From Anthoceros angustus (taxonomy: Eukaryota; Plantae; Anthocerotophyta), in contig MU008196.1 in NCBI GenBank assembly GCA_010909165.1, positions 558,001 through 622,000 of the forward strand: DNA of 64,000 nt, read 5' to 3'. The position numbers and the translations under genes are program-made. The notes below the pieces were generated by a model, which worked only from the letters and a program-made list of their open reading frames with translations, ran no database searches and was not told the origin of the DNA. Positions 1 to 12,159 of the stretch are shown here, one piece after another (within the stretch, counting starts at the first letter, position 1; the number at the start of each line of letters is the position of its first letter).

Positions 1-2900
1 AGTCTCTCAAGGAGGAAACTGAAGGAGAAGAGGTCAAGGCCCTCCCAATAGCAGACTCCAGCGAAGACTCTGATTTTGATCCTGCCGTAGCTAAGCGGAT
101 TGGGTCTTAGGACCATCTTTGGTGCCTCCTGCTGCTAGTCTCGTGAGCTTGGGGCACATGTGGTGGGACATGAGGCGGGACAGGCGCCCCCTCAATCACA
201 CCTCGGGTGAATTTCAGATTTGGTCGGAGCTTGGGTGTGGTGGGACATCGAGGCGGGACAGGCGCCACTCAATCCGGCCTCGGGTGGGGCTGGAATTTCA
301 GGTCAGGTTTGGGTGCCTACCACCCATGGTCATCCAATCCCTAGCATTGTGGTTGCAGCACCCATGGATGGGGAAGGCACATACACACGTGTGTCTCGGT
401 TTAGCAGTGAACTGGAACAACGACTTTGAGGGATTTCAAGGTGTATTACGGGATATGGTCTCGAAATGCTTGAAGCATGGGAGCAATTTCACCATGCATT
501 ATGCTTTTGAGCCGGGGCAGGTGGTGATGAGCGCTAGATGTCTTGAGGATACACTCGGCTGCTGCGCCATTTCCTCGCCTAACCCAGTGTTTGTGGCAGC
601 CATAGCCAATGCTCAAGCCTCAGCGCTAAGCCGGCGATTCGGCCCATGCTACGATGGCCGGGGCAGGGGCCGACGCCAAGCAGCGGTGACCTTGGGCGCA
701 ACCAGGCTAGCTGCGACCACATTAGTGTCCCAGCTACCTTGTCAACAGCTGCAGTCCCAGACCCAGTGGCTGCATTCTTTGCCATCACGGAGAAGGAGTT
801 CCGAAAACCGCAAACAAAATCGGTCATTGATCAAGTTCGAACTGAAGGGAGAGCGATGCGAGATGATGTACTGCCGCATCCACAGCTCGGGAGGATACTA
901 AGAGCATCACGGGTGAAACAGCTAAGTTTACAGGTGCCTAGAAATTTGAGCCATTCACTGCATTTCGAGATCTTGCGATCGATGTTAAACAAATTTGGAG
1001 ATACCCTCGATCAGTGTACTCGATGGCGAGAGAAATTGGGCGTGGCAAATGCTCACTATCTTGCCAGTTCGAGAGAAGGCCTATGGGCAATACAAGAACA
1101 ATGCAGAATTTTGAGGTGCTCATTCTGATAAAAGCGGTAGTGGGACAGCCAAGATTGCATCAATAAGCGGGGCGGCTGCAACTTTTCCTTTCTGAATCAC
1201 TATGCTCCAGTTGCAAGGTGCGTGGCACACTCCACTTGCGTCACTTGCAACAAGACTGGTCATGTGGCTTCAGTGTGCTTTGTGAGTCATCCAGAGAGGA
1301 AGAACATGAAGGTTCCCAGCAACTCTAAAGGATCTGACAATAGCAATGCCACAGCGGCTGCAATAGGAACGCTAGGGACGACAGCAGCCATTGCTAGTGT
1401 GAATGACAAAGTTCAACAACGCTGAGACAAGAACAAGCAAAGAGAAGGCGGCGGGTGACAGGAAAAATTAGCGTCAAAATTGGCTAAGGTGGCTGCAATG
1501 TCCACGAGGAGCTTTGAAAACCAAGTTGAATGCCATGGTGGGTGGGTCGGGACCTCGTTCGATGTGAGTGTGACACACGCTAGAAATTACAGGAGTAGCA
1601 TAGCCCACTGATTATGGGTTTCCATACCATGCATATCTTTGGAGCTTGGTCTCAAATCACAGGAATTCAAGCCATGCCATCGTACTGGTCATGAACCTAG
1701 TGGAATTGTTGGAGCCGAAGTTTCCAAAGATGTTGCTGCGATGGGGAAGAGTGACAAGGTCTTCAGCTCAGATGTTGAGCGACTCCCAAAGCAGGTGTCT
1801 GACCATGCCAAAATCATTTGTGCAACTCAATGCAGAGGAAATGGAAAATCAGCTTGCCGGACTCCTCATTCATCTCACTGAATTCTGGGGCCCAGTCAAG
1901 GATGCAGTCGATGCTGTTGGTGAAGGAGAGCCCCTGAGACTCTAGGTATCTCAGTAGGACTGGACAAGACTCAATGGCAATCACACCTGAACAGGTGAAG
2001 GGTCGAGTGCTAGACACTGCCTTGTTCACATACAGGGACCTGGACATTTCCACGACCAAATTGGTGGAGATGCTGGTGCAGTCTGTCTCGGGACATACTC
2101 GGGACTCATCCACTTCGGCCAGCTTGGGACTCTCCAGCATGGGGGAGCCATTAGCCTTGATGCCTGTACAGCATTCACAGGTGACCAGCATGCCTGGGGG
2201 CCTAGTAGAATTCGAGGGTCTGTCGGCGCTGATGAAGTCCCCAAGACATACTCTGGATTGGGACAGCCATGCATTGCATGCTATCATTCAGGATGAGCCT
2301 GCCATTTCAGGGCATCACAGGGTCAACGTGAGGCTAAACACTGCCCTCGTGGATAACCGTAAAGGGGTGGTGACAATTGAAGGAATTGCCCCACAGGTGG
2401 TTATGATGGACAGGCGTGCGGGATGATACTCGATGCCAGATTAGTGGCCTACTAGGGAGGGACACCTCACCTTCTACATGTGTAATGCGACCGGGGTGGC
2501 AATGAGGCGGTCAGAAACACGAGAACCCCTATCCATAGTGTTCAATCCTGGCACTCCAGCACAAGTGACTATTCAGGTGAAATGCTTGGTTACACAGCAC
2601 CACCCTATATGTGTTACTTAGCAAGAGGCCTTGTTTCCACCAGGGTTTGTTGTGGACAATTGGGCAGAGCAAGACACATATCGTATGGACTGGTTGGGAC
2701 AAGGAAGCAAGCGATCATGATATCGAATTTACAGTCCGTAGAAGGGGAGCTATCTGGCCGTCTGAGGCAGCCTGAGGGGACTTTCGGTCTCAGCATTCTT
2801 TGCCACACTGACCTCAGATTGGAACAACAAGCGCATTGGGACTCCAGCAGCCTGTGGACCACGGACTCTCCCTGGGGGTGGGAAATGAGTGAGGTTTTGT
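1..2900 (+). mobile_element. Truncated Ty3/Gypsy gag-protease region (no RT follows)
   Basis: CCHC zinc knuckle CVTCNKTGHVASVC at 1237-1278, plus degenerate knuckles near 1117 and 1203. Frameshifted aspartic protease ~2390-2720: VDNRKGVVTIEGIAPQVVMMD.GA ... FNPGTPAQVTIQVKCLVT ... QEALFPPGFVVDNWAEQ.TYRMDW. Confidence 0.75.
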
Positions 2901-2948
2901 TTTTTTTCGTAGGTACGGAGTAGAAAATAAGGCGGGAAGGAAGAAATA

Positions 2949-5900
2949 ATGACAGGTCATCGACTTTTATTGCACGACATGATGACTAGAACACATGGTA
3001 CAATGAAAGGAAGCACATTTCCATTCATCAAGGAGCTGAAGTGGAGGCTCTTTGCGAAGATTGTGTTGGGGTTGGTGAATTACCAACGGACATCTTATTT
3101 CAGCACCAACTTCCTCCAGTTCTTGTGGAAGATTTCGCGAGGAGCTGTTTGGATTGGGGACATTATGTATGAGGCCTACATCCACCACAGGAGAAGCTCC
3201 TTAGGCCAAATTCGGTGGATGAGGAAGGGCCAAGGCCCTCGCTATCTTAGCACCTACTTGGTGCATTGTGGGAAAGCGGAGGCTCTCACAAGCAAGAGCT
3301 TGAGGATGCGTGGCATCCTTTTGAAGTCATCCACCTCCAAGCTTAGAGAAAGGCCTTGCCTTTTGCATTGAGGAGAACCATGGGAGGTCGGACCTCCACA
3401 AGCACACCTAGACCAAGGCGGAGGAAGTGGAGGCAACAAGGTTGCGGAGTGGAGGCTTTTCCCCACAAGAGCAAGAAGGAGGAGAAGAGCAAGATTTGGC
3501 CAAGGAGGGCCAAGTGGTAGTTTATGAGAGAGAACTACCGCTCCAAGGGTGGGGAGTCCCCACCATTGCATGGGTGCCTAGGGAAGAGGCACCCTCACCC
3601 CAGGGGAGCCACCCGGTGGCGACTCACTGCAGGGCCACCACCTATGATGTGTTGCTAGGGCAAGAGGAGGAGAAGGCAGCCAAGTTGGAGAAGGAGGAGG
3701 AGCACCACAAGAAGGTGCAAGGGAGGAGAAGGAGGAAGAAGGAGGAGAAGCGGGCGCCTGGGCCGCCATCACCCGCATTAGGTGGGAGGCGGATGGGGCG
3801 ACGAGGGGACCTGCCCGCCGATGGCCCAGGAGCAAGGGAGCTGGAGATTTCCAGAAGAGGCGGGGTGAATTTGGGCCCTAGGAGATTTGCTGAGTGCTTG
3901 TGAAGCACTCAGCCGTGTAGACTTGAAGGGGGCTAGGGAACTAGCAGCCTCCTTGTGGGCATGTCAGGAGGAAGTCAAGGCCCAGGAGATGACCGAGAGG
4001 AGAGCAGGGACCAAATGGCAGCTGGAGGCCATGGAGTCCGACGAGAAGGCAGCCAAGTTGGAGAAGGTCAGAGAGCCAGCGACCTTGTGGATCAACGGGC
4101 GGAGAAGGTCTGGAGGAAGGTTGTCACAAGCAGGAGAGAGCCATTGACAACCCAAAGGACTCTTGGAGGAGGAGGAGCATTTTGCCCAATTAGAGCAAGA
4201 ACGAAGGGGCAAAGCGGAGGCTCTAGGAAGGAGAAGGTGGCGGTCCAAAATGGACGCTACAGAGCAAGTGATGGCTACCCAAGCCATCAAAATCCGGGAT
4301 ATGGAGGAAGAATTGCGGAGGACCGGTATAATTTGGAGGAGAAGGTCTGGAGGAAGAAGGAGAAGGCAGCCAAGTTGGAGAAGGAGGAAGAAGGAGAAGG
4401 TCTGGAGGAAGGAGAAGGAGGGCTTGCCCAAGCAGCTGACCGGAGCAAAAGGAGGTCCCAGAGGAGGAGCACCACAAGAAGGTGTGGATGATGGTGGTGA
4501 GGAAGAAGATTTTGGGCGGACTATGCCCTTGGGAGAATTAGCCAAAGGGCAAGGGAGGAGAATGTGACCCTCCATGTCAAGGTGGGAGAATTGACCACCT
4601 CAAGGATGCCTACAAGGTAGGTGTGAAGATGGAGAGTGGCTCTGAGATTGATGATCTCCAAATGCAATATCAGCTTGGGGCTCACTCCACAACAGATTTT
4701 GAAGGCCAACAATGAGGTGTTTGGCCAAGAGGAGGACAATAGGTCCTCATGATGATGACAGAAGGAGTTGCAACAGTGCAGCCTGAGGCCTGATTTTGAT
4801 GAGGCCATGACATGGACTCGAGGAACTGAGAGAAGGAAGGAGGAGGAGGAGGCGGCGCCAAGAGTGGAAGATGGCGGAGAGCAGGAGGGGCAGCCGCCCT
4901 CACGGTCACCTACCATGGTGGTGACCACCTACCATGGTAGGTAGTCACCGGACTACGGGGTGAGGTGGTGGGAGGCGGAGAAGGTCTGGAGGAAGGAGGA
5001 GGCGGAGGCCTGGGGTGAATGGGAAGGGGTCGGGGGTAGTATACCCAGGCGGTGAGGTGGTGGGAGACAACCCCACCGAGGAGACTAAGGACGGGTCCAC
5101 CTGAGGAAGCAAGGGAGGAGGAGAATGTGACCCTCCATGTGAAGGTGGGAGGCGGAGAAGGAGGAAGAAGGAGAAGGCAGCCAAGTTGGAGAAGGCAGCC
5201 AAGTTGGAGAAGGCAGCCAAGTTGGAGAAGGAGGAAGAAGATCTTTGAAGACATGCTCCATGATAGGTATGGACAAACCAAAGAGGAAGGAGAAGGCAGC
5301 CAAGTTGGAGAAGGAGGAAGAAGAAGGAGAAGGGTGGACTACCATGGTAGGTCACACCCTAGTCCGCCACTCACCGCGTAGGTGTGAAAACGGCGCCAGC
5401 GGCGAGAAAAGGCGCCGAGCGAGGGGCGCGATTGCCGATGAACAGAATCAGGCGCTACCTGGAGATGGAGGAAGGAGGAAGGCGGTGTACTTGCCCCACA
5501 CGGAAGGCGACAAGATCCGGGAAGGGACAGAGCAAAAGGAGGCGAGGCCAATCCACAAGGACACGTCACCACCCCAAAGAAGATAAGAATGGTCAATGAC
5601 CATAAATGAGCTTTGGGGAATGGGAAGGATAGGTGGTGTGGTGACATCCTTTAAGGATGATCTTAGGTGAAGTTACTAGAATAGAATTTACCAAGGATCG
5701 ATATAGATTTAGGTGCCGCATTAAATGTCGTAGGAAATAATAGAATATTGGAAAAGGTGACCTGCAGTAGGGTCACCTAAGGGAGGTTGTATGTGGAAGG
5801 CCTCCTATAAGAGGAGGAGGATTTCACAAAGTAAAGTATCACGTCTTGCGCTTCCATACTCATGAGTCCTTTGCCATTAGGAATTTCGGTCCGTGAGCCA

Positions 5901-6620
5901 ACGCACACCGTAGAGAGGAAGTCGCGGTGGTCGGAGTGCTTGGTGGAGGACTTGCTGCAAGTGCCTAAGCAGTTGCTCCCCTTGTGAATGGTTCTTTGTG
6001 AAATTGCTTTGCTTTGGGTGTGTGGCAATGCCCAGAACTCGGCTTGAGGGTAGACTACAGGAAAGACTCGGAGGTTCTCCCGTGTCAAACTCATAGCAAC
6101 CGCCCAAGGAAGAACTTCTTTGGTGGAGGACCCAGGCGGTGCCGTAGGCGAGCCGGCGCCGATGGCCAGGCGAGGTTAGAATAGGAGGAAGAGGATGAGA
6201 AGATGAGTAGAGGATTAGAGGTGTAGGTGTTAGTGGAAGGCCCAGAGCCTAAGGGACGAATCCCAAATGCAAGTAAAGGCGCTCCACAGGTGGAGAAGAG
6301 TGGTCTTAGAAGTAGGGAAAATCGCGGTGTGGATCGGGGGTCCACAGGCGCGTGATAGGCTCCTCTAAGGCGGGACACCTGGTGTGTTGTGTCGTTGTGG
6401 GTCGAGGATTGGTGATTTTCGGAGCGGTGCAAGTGGTGCATCTGTGAGAGGAGAGAGTAGAGGCGCCTTGCTTGTTTAGAAGGCGAGAAGTGTGTCTCTG
6501 CGGTGATCGGTCATCCAGACCTCGAACTTTCACACGAGTCTCATGGACGAAACCCAGCGTCTGAGCGGTGGGATAAGTGTGGCGCTAGAGGGAAGCCTCA
6601 GCCCGGGGTTTTCCCTCACA
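2949..6620 (+). mobile_element. LTR retroelement family A, 3' part: accessory ORF, coiled-coil ORF, 3' LTR
   Basis: ORF 2949-3371 (KWRLFAKIVLGLVNYQRTSYFSTNFLQFLWKI...YLSTYLVH) matches 54256-54560. Glu/Lys-rich frames run 3427-5380, followed by a purine tract and an LTR homologous to 56691-58276. Confidence 0.7.
5637..6620 (+). repeat. Family A LTR (TGTG...CACA)
   Basis: Follows the purine-rich GGGGAATGGGAAGGATAGG tract, starts TGTGG and ends CTCACA. TATA-like CTATAAG at ~5805. Colinear similarity to 56691-58276 (e.g. shared ACTCGGCTTGAGGGTAGAC and GGAAAGACTCGGAGGTTCTC). Confidence 0.7.
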
Positions 6621-7632
6621 TTTTTGCGTGGGGACTTCTTGAAAGTTTGAGTTTTGTGATTTCTTTCGCTAGGCTGCAGAATGTTTGAGAAGGGACTGGC
6701 GATTGACCATATGTTGTGAAGGACAAACTTCACGCCCTCTAGTTTGCCATAGGGGTGAACGGCTGAGGCACTAAAGGGCGTGGATTGCTTCCTTCTTAAC
6801 AACTGTGGGTTGGAGGACATGAGGATGCTTGCAGATGACTGGTAGGGGACGGTCTCGAGAGATACACGGAAGGTCGCCACCGCCTGCACCGCAAGGGATT
6901 TACGCGCTTCACGGAGGAATCGTTTGAGGGAAGAAACTACTGTTGCCGTCACCCATCGACAGCAGGAGGAAGACGCGCTACGCAATTGAAGAGGAGGCCA
7001 GTCTTGCCGCGATGCACGCAGGAGAGTCCGGTGGTCGACGGGAGGACGGATCGGAGGGAGAAGGAGCGGAGCTCACTGATAGCGAACGGAAGGAGGTTGT
7101 GGAAGAGAAGCTGGTGTCGGGGAACGAGGAGGAGACATCCTCCCGAGCACGACCGCACCGCCGCAACTCCACGACGACTTTGCGAGACGGCGATACCCAC
7201 ATCCCAACTTCCAATCGATACGACGACGAGGTCGCCGAGCGGGAATTTCGTGCCTGGTCGAGGATTTGGCAACGCCTCGACGATCGCGCCCATCGATCTT
7301 TGGGACGCTGTGGTCGCACATCTCCGGCCAACCCGTAATCTGACCCAAAGATCCCAACTGCTCTCCGCTTCCACCGAGGGAAGGAGAAGTATTGGGCAAT
7401 GCTAACGCCAGACGAGCAAATATGAGTGGAGTTGGTCGGAGGAGGAGGCCGCCATACCCACGGTCCGCCAACAAGACGTGAAATTTGGCGAGAAAAAGAA
7501 GGGAGACGCTGGAGGCGCTTTGTAAGAACTTTTGAGCATGTCTCCCACGCCACTTGGAGGATGGAGTCGCCGATCGATCGCACATCTTTCCGGATCACGA
7601 GAGGGCGTACGCGCAACAATGGTATGGTCGCA

Positions 7633-7922
7633 CTGCAGGGTATTAAACAATATACTTAGACTAATACACTTAGTCTAAGTTAGGTGTCGCTATCATTCAT
7701 TAGTTAGCTTAAGCTAATCACTAGGAAGCTTCTTGTGCTCCTTCCTAGGAGCTTCTTGTGGAGCCCTATTGGAGGGTATAAATACCCTCCAAGCCTCATC
7801 TCAATGTGAGAGAGCTACTTTGCCTCCTCCTCTCCTCTCCTCTTTCCACCAGATGGCGCCCCACGATCCTTCAACCGTATCGAGCCATGGTTTGGTTGTG
7901 TTGTGATGCTAGAATTTTCTAG
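7633..7922 (+). repeat. Family C LTR-like repeat, copy 1 (recognisable part only)
   Basis: Highly similar direct repeat of 11359-11663 with TATAAATA box at ~7777. Downstream it decays into GC-only sequence. Confidence 0.7.
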
Positions 7923-7989
7923 CGCAGGGCCGTGCAGCTCGGAATTGCATGATCCGATCGCGGCGAGGGCGAACGCCGCAGAGCCGCGA

Positions 7990-8560
7990 GCGGATGAGGC
8001 CGTGAGCGAGGCAAGACCGCGACCGGCGCGGGCGGCGGGCAGGGCGGAGGCGTGCGCAGGAGGCCGCGGAGCGCGAGCCGCGGGCGCGGGCCGCGAGCCG
8101 CGGCGCGCGCAGCCGCGGCGCGGGCGCAGCCGCGGCGCGGAGCGCGGCGCGCGGGCGCCAGCGGGCGCGAGGCGCCAGCCGGGCGCGCCGGGGCTGGGCG
8201 CGGCGCCAGCGCGGCGCCGCGGGCGCCGCGCCGGCAGCGGGCCGCGGCGGCGCGCCGCTGGCGCGGGCGCCGCGCGCGAGCCGCGGGCGCGGCGCGCCCG
8301 CAGCGCTGGGCGCGCAGCGCGGGCGGCAGCGCGGGCGGGCGCCGCGGCGCTGGGCGCGCAGCGCGGGCCGCGCCGCAGCGCAGGCGCCGCGCGGCGCCGC
8401 GCCGCGAAGGCAGGCGCCGCGGGCGCGCGCGCGCCGCGGCGCGGCCGCGCAGGCGGCGCGCGCGGGCGCTGGGCCGCAGGCGCTGGCGCGCGCGCGCGCG
8501 CCGACGCGCAGCGCAGGCGCGCGCCGCCGGGCGGTGGGCATGCGGGCCGCGGGCGCGGCG
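7990..8560. repeat. Near-pure G/C low-complexity tract, probably a base-calling or assembly artefact
   Basis: Almost no A/T and irregular GCGC runs. An N follows at ~8668, and the same decay follows the second family C repeat (~11700-12150). Confidence 0.6.
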
Positions 8561-11355
8561 GACTCCATACACCACATGACCGCGGGATTGTGCGCGCCGG
8601 CTGTCCATCGGTGGCCACAAGATGGTGACTGCCACGGTAGGCTGCCCACCCCTATGGTGCCTCCCNCACCATCTCTCCAGCCTCGCCTCCCACATCCGTG
8701 TTCCCCACCATCTACGTTGCCTCCAAAGATCACTTGACTATGACGCCTGCTTGCCACCTTCCTCCATCTTCCTTCTCCACTAGTATCTCGTGCCTTCCTT
8801 CCCCGACATGGCCTTCACCTTCCACCGCCTTTCCTTCCCTTCTTCCCCGCAAGTCATGCACACACATCACTTAGAGCTCACGCCCCCATATATCACCACG
8901 CCGCACCAACCGCCAACTCCTCATTCTCCACCCAACCTCCATCGCATAACCGCTCACAGCCATGTACACTCCACCACGCCCATGTACCAGACAACACGGC
9001 AATGACGCTGCCTAGTGGCTTACCGCCAACCGCCTCCATCAATTCTGTGTAGTGGCAATGTAGTCTATGTCCGTCTCCACCTCATCATCCGCCATCTCCA
9101 CATCCGCCTCGCCGCGCTTCCCCATCATTGCCGCCACCGTGTCCTTCTCCTCACCGCCCTCCCGACCATCATATGCACGCTGCCTTGGCCCCCGCAACCG
9201 CCTCCTCCAAGAGACCAGCCCACTCCTGTGGCAGCAGTTTCCTCCTCCACAGCATCCTCCTCCCACGTTGTTGGGGTTATCCATCGCCACCGAACAAGGT
9301 CCACAAGACCAATGGCCTCTCTCTCGCCAGCCACACGGCCGGCCTCTTGGGCAGCACCACCATGCTCCTCCCGATCACCACAGCCTCCTGACTCACGCCA
9401 AATTCCTCCTCCCTCCCGATGTCACGGCCTGCATTCCTCCTCCGAAAGTTTTGATTCTCTCTGCAGAAGTGCCCAGGTTAGCTCCCACCTATTAGAGACA
9501 CCCACTTGCGGCCGCTTTCTCTCAAAGATCGCCTCTTGGCGCAGACTCCACCGCTGGAAGTTGCTCCCTCCAAGACCCGACACCTCTCTCGCCGCCCGCT
9601 CCACGCGATGATCATCCACCTCCACTTCACCGAATCCGCATTCTCCACATGCCCACCTCACTTGTCGCGCTAGGACCATCCTTCACTGCTTCCATCCAAG
9701 CTGCCAGTTTTGTCCGGCATTGAGTCTCGTGCTCTTGGTCATTTCCCGGCTTCCAGCACCTCACCATCGACCGAAGCGCCAAGCCGTCTATGGGCCCCCT
9801 CTCCTACTTAGGGCCACCACCTTTTTTGGGCGCCGACATCCAATGATGCACGGATTTGTTGGAGAAACTCCAGTGCGATCTTGTGGATCAGCGGCACGCG
9901 GAGAAGATCCTGGAGGGGAAGTTGTCCCAAACGGAGGAAAGAGCAGTCCGGGCAACCACCCATGCCATGAGTTTTCAATTATTCTTATGGCAAAACTGGG
10001 GACTATATATGGCATGCATGGAGGAAAGGCATACGTGGACAAGGAAGGTTTCGTGTTTGTGTACAGGCCAAGGAAGGTGGCATGGCAAGGCAAGAGCCAA
10101 CCGGTGGCATGGCATGCCACGTGATCCCCTTCTTCACACCCGCCCCCATTGGTTTGGGACGTTGACTTTGAATATTTGGCTGAAGCTCCTTGCAAAGAGG
10201 AACCCTTGGTAGGCGGTTCCTTCCCCTTGCCCTTCCCTGCTCGAGGCATGGCGCCTTTCAACTCCAAGTGCTTCTAAGGCAGTAAATTACTTCCCAAGTG
10301 CTGTCAAAGGAGGAAGCTACTTCCCAATCCCAAGCTTCCTCTCGTCCTCTTGGGGTCTCACCTTGAGGCTCTCCTGGTGGGGAACAATCACACAATCAGG
10401 AAGTTAGCTCTGGCTCACTCCCCGCCACCTTCTTCTCTTCTTCTCCTCTCTCGCAGAGGTGCCTCCCCTCAGTTTGCCTGCGCTTTCCTGGCGACTCTCC
10501 TCTTCAATCCGTGGTTACCCTCCGTCGCCTGAAGCGCCGCCCTCGCGTCCACTGTTCCTCCCAGCACTCAACACTCGCGGTGCTTCGCAAGTCTTGCTCG
10601 AAAAGCTCCTCAGCACATGATATGTTCCTCCTCTCCCTCTCACTCCAGCTAGGGTTTCTTCCTCCGCTTCAGCTCGCGCGTAGCCTCCCTCTCCTCCATG
10701 CTCAGTGGTGGTGGCGATGGTCTTTCTTCTCTTCTCTTACGCTCCAGCTTCAACTCCAGTTCTTCATGAGGTGGGGACGCAACAGCCTTCTCCAACTGCC
10801 TTCTCATCGGACTCCATGGCCTCCAATTGCCATTTGGTCCCTGCTCTTCTCTCTGTCATCTCTTGGGCCTTATTTGCCCGGACTTCCTCCTGACATGCCC
10901 ACAAGGAGGCTGCTAGTTCCCTAGCCCCCTTCAAATCCACACGGCTGAGTGCTTCACAAGCACTCAGCAAGTCTTCCCCTTCCCTGCAGCAGTGAGGCTC
11001 GCCCCACCGGTGGGGTGCCAGCCCTACGTGGCTGCTCCCCCCTTGCAGTAGCACCGCCTACCTACTGGTGGTGGTGGTACTGACGGTAGTCACCGCACCC
11101 ACCGGGTAGTGCCTCCCTACGGGTAGGCTGCCCAGGGTGCCTCTTCCCAGGGCACCCACGAGATAGTGGGAACTCCTCCCACCCTGGGTCGTCACCCCTA
11201 CCGTGGTAGTCCTCCTCTCATAGACTACCACCTAGCCCTCCTTGGCCGGATCTTGCTCTTCTCCTCCTCCACCGCTCTTGTGGAAAGGCCTCCCACTCAA
11301 GGCAACCTTGTTGTCCACCTCCTCAGCCCTGGTCACAGCCTGAGAAGGTGGTGCA
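8560..11355 (-). mobile_element. Inverted, diverged family A internal fragment (coiled-coil region)
   Basis: ORF 10764-11054(-) LLSACEALSRVDLKGARELAASLWACQEEV...KAQEMTERRAGTKWQLEAMESDEKA is nearly identical to 3887-4147(+). The reverse complement running down from ~11350 aligns to ~3405 onward. Confidence 0.7.
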
Positions 11356-11358
11356 TAG

Positions 11359-11663
11359 TGTAAGGGTATTAAAGCCCAATGTACTTAGACTAATACACTT
11401 AGTCTAAGTTAGGTGTCGATTAAGTATCATTAGTTTAACAAGCTAATCACTAGGAAGCTTCTTGTGCTCCTTCCTAGGAGCTTCTTGTGGAGCTTCCTAG
11501 GGAGCCCTATTGGAGGTATAAATACCTCCAAGCCTCATCTCAATGAGAGCTACTCTTGCCTCTCCTCTCCTCTCCTCTTTCCACCATCATGGGCTGCCAC
11601 ACGATCCTTCAACCGCATCGAGCCGAGCTTTGGTTTGGTTGTGTTGTGATGCTAGAATTTTCT
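11359..11663 (+). repeat. Family C LTR-like repeat, copy 2
   Basis: Starts TGTAAGGGTATT and is a direct repeat of 7633-7922. TATA box at ~11517. Confidence 0.7.
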
Positions 11664-12159
11664 AGTCGTGAATGGTCGCGTGGGTCTGCAGTGATCCAGT
11701 GTGCGCGAAGCTGCAAACGCCGCCAGCCGCGAGCGACGCCCAAGCCGTGAGCGAGGTAAAGGCGACCTCAGCGCAGCCGTGTGCCGCAGCCTCATGGTGT
11801 GAGGCCTTGTCCGCGGAGGCCGTGGCGGACAAGGCGCTGGGCTGCAAGCACGGGCGGGGCCGTGTTAACACGGGCGCTGAGGCGGGCGGGCGCAGCCGCG
11901 GCCGCTGGCAACGGACGGCGCGCCAGCCGAACGCGGGCGGCTGCCCGCAGCCTTGGCAGCGGAGTGCGCAGCCGCTGGGGAGCGTTGTGAGGCTGGGCGT
12001 GGGAGCTGTGGCAGCGACAGCCGCGGGCGGCGAACCGCGGCTCGCGCTACGGGCAGCCAGCCGGGCTGGACGCTTCAGCACATGAGCTGCTGGAGCCCTG
12101 GGTCAAGTGACGCAGGTTCGGGCGCGCACTCGCCTGCTAGCGCGCCAGCCTCCTCCTGG

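Noticed and set aside
7815-8757. Long overlapping Ala/Arg/Gly/Pro-rich ORFs on both strands
   Set aside because: They arise from a near-pure G/C tract that cannot contain stop codons. Probably an artefact, with no domain signal.
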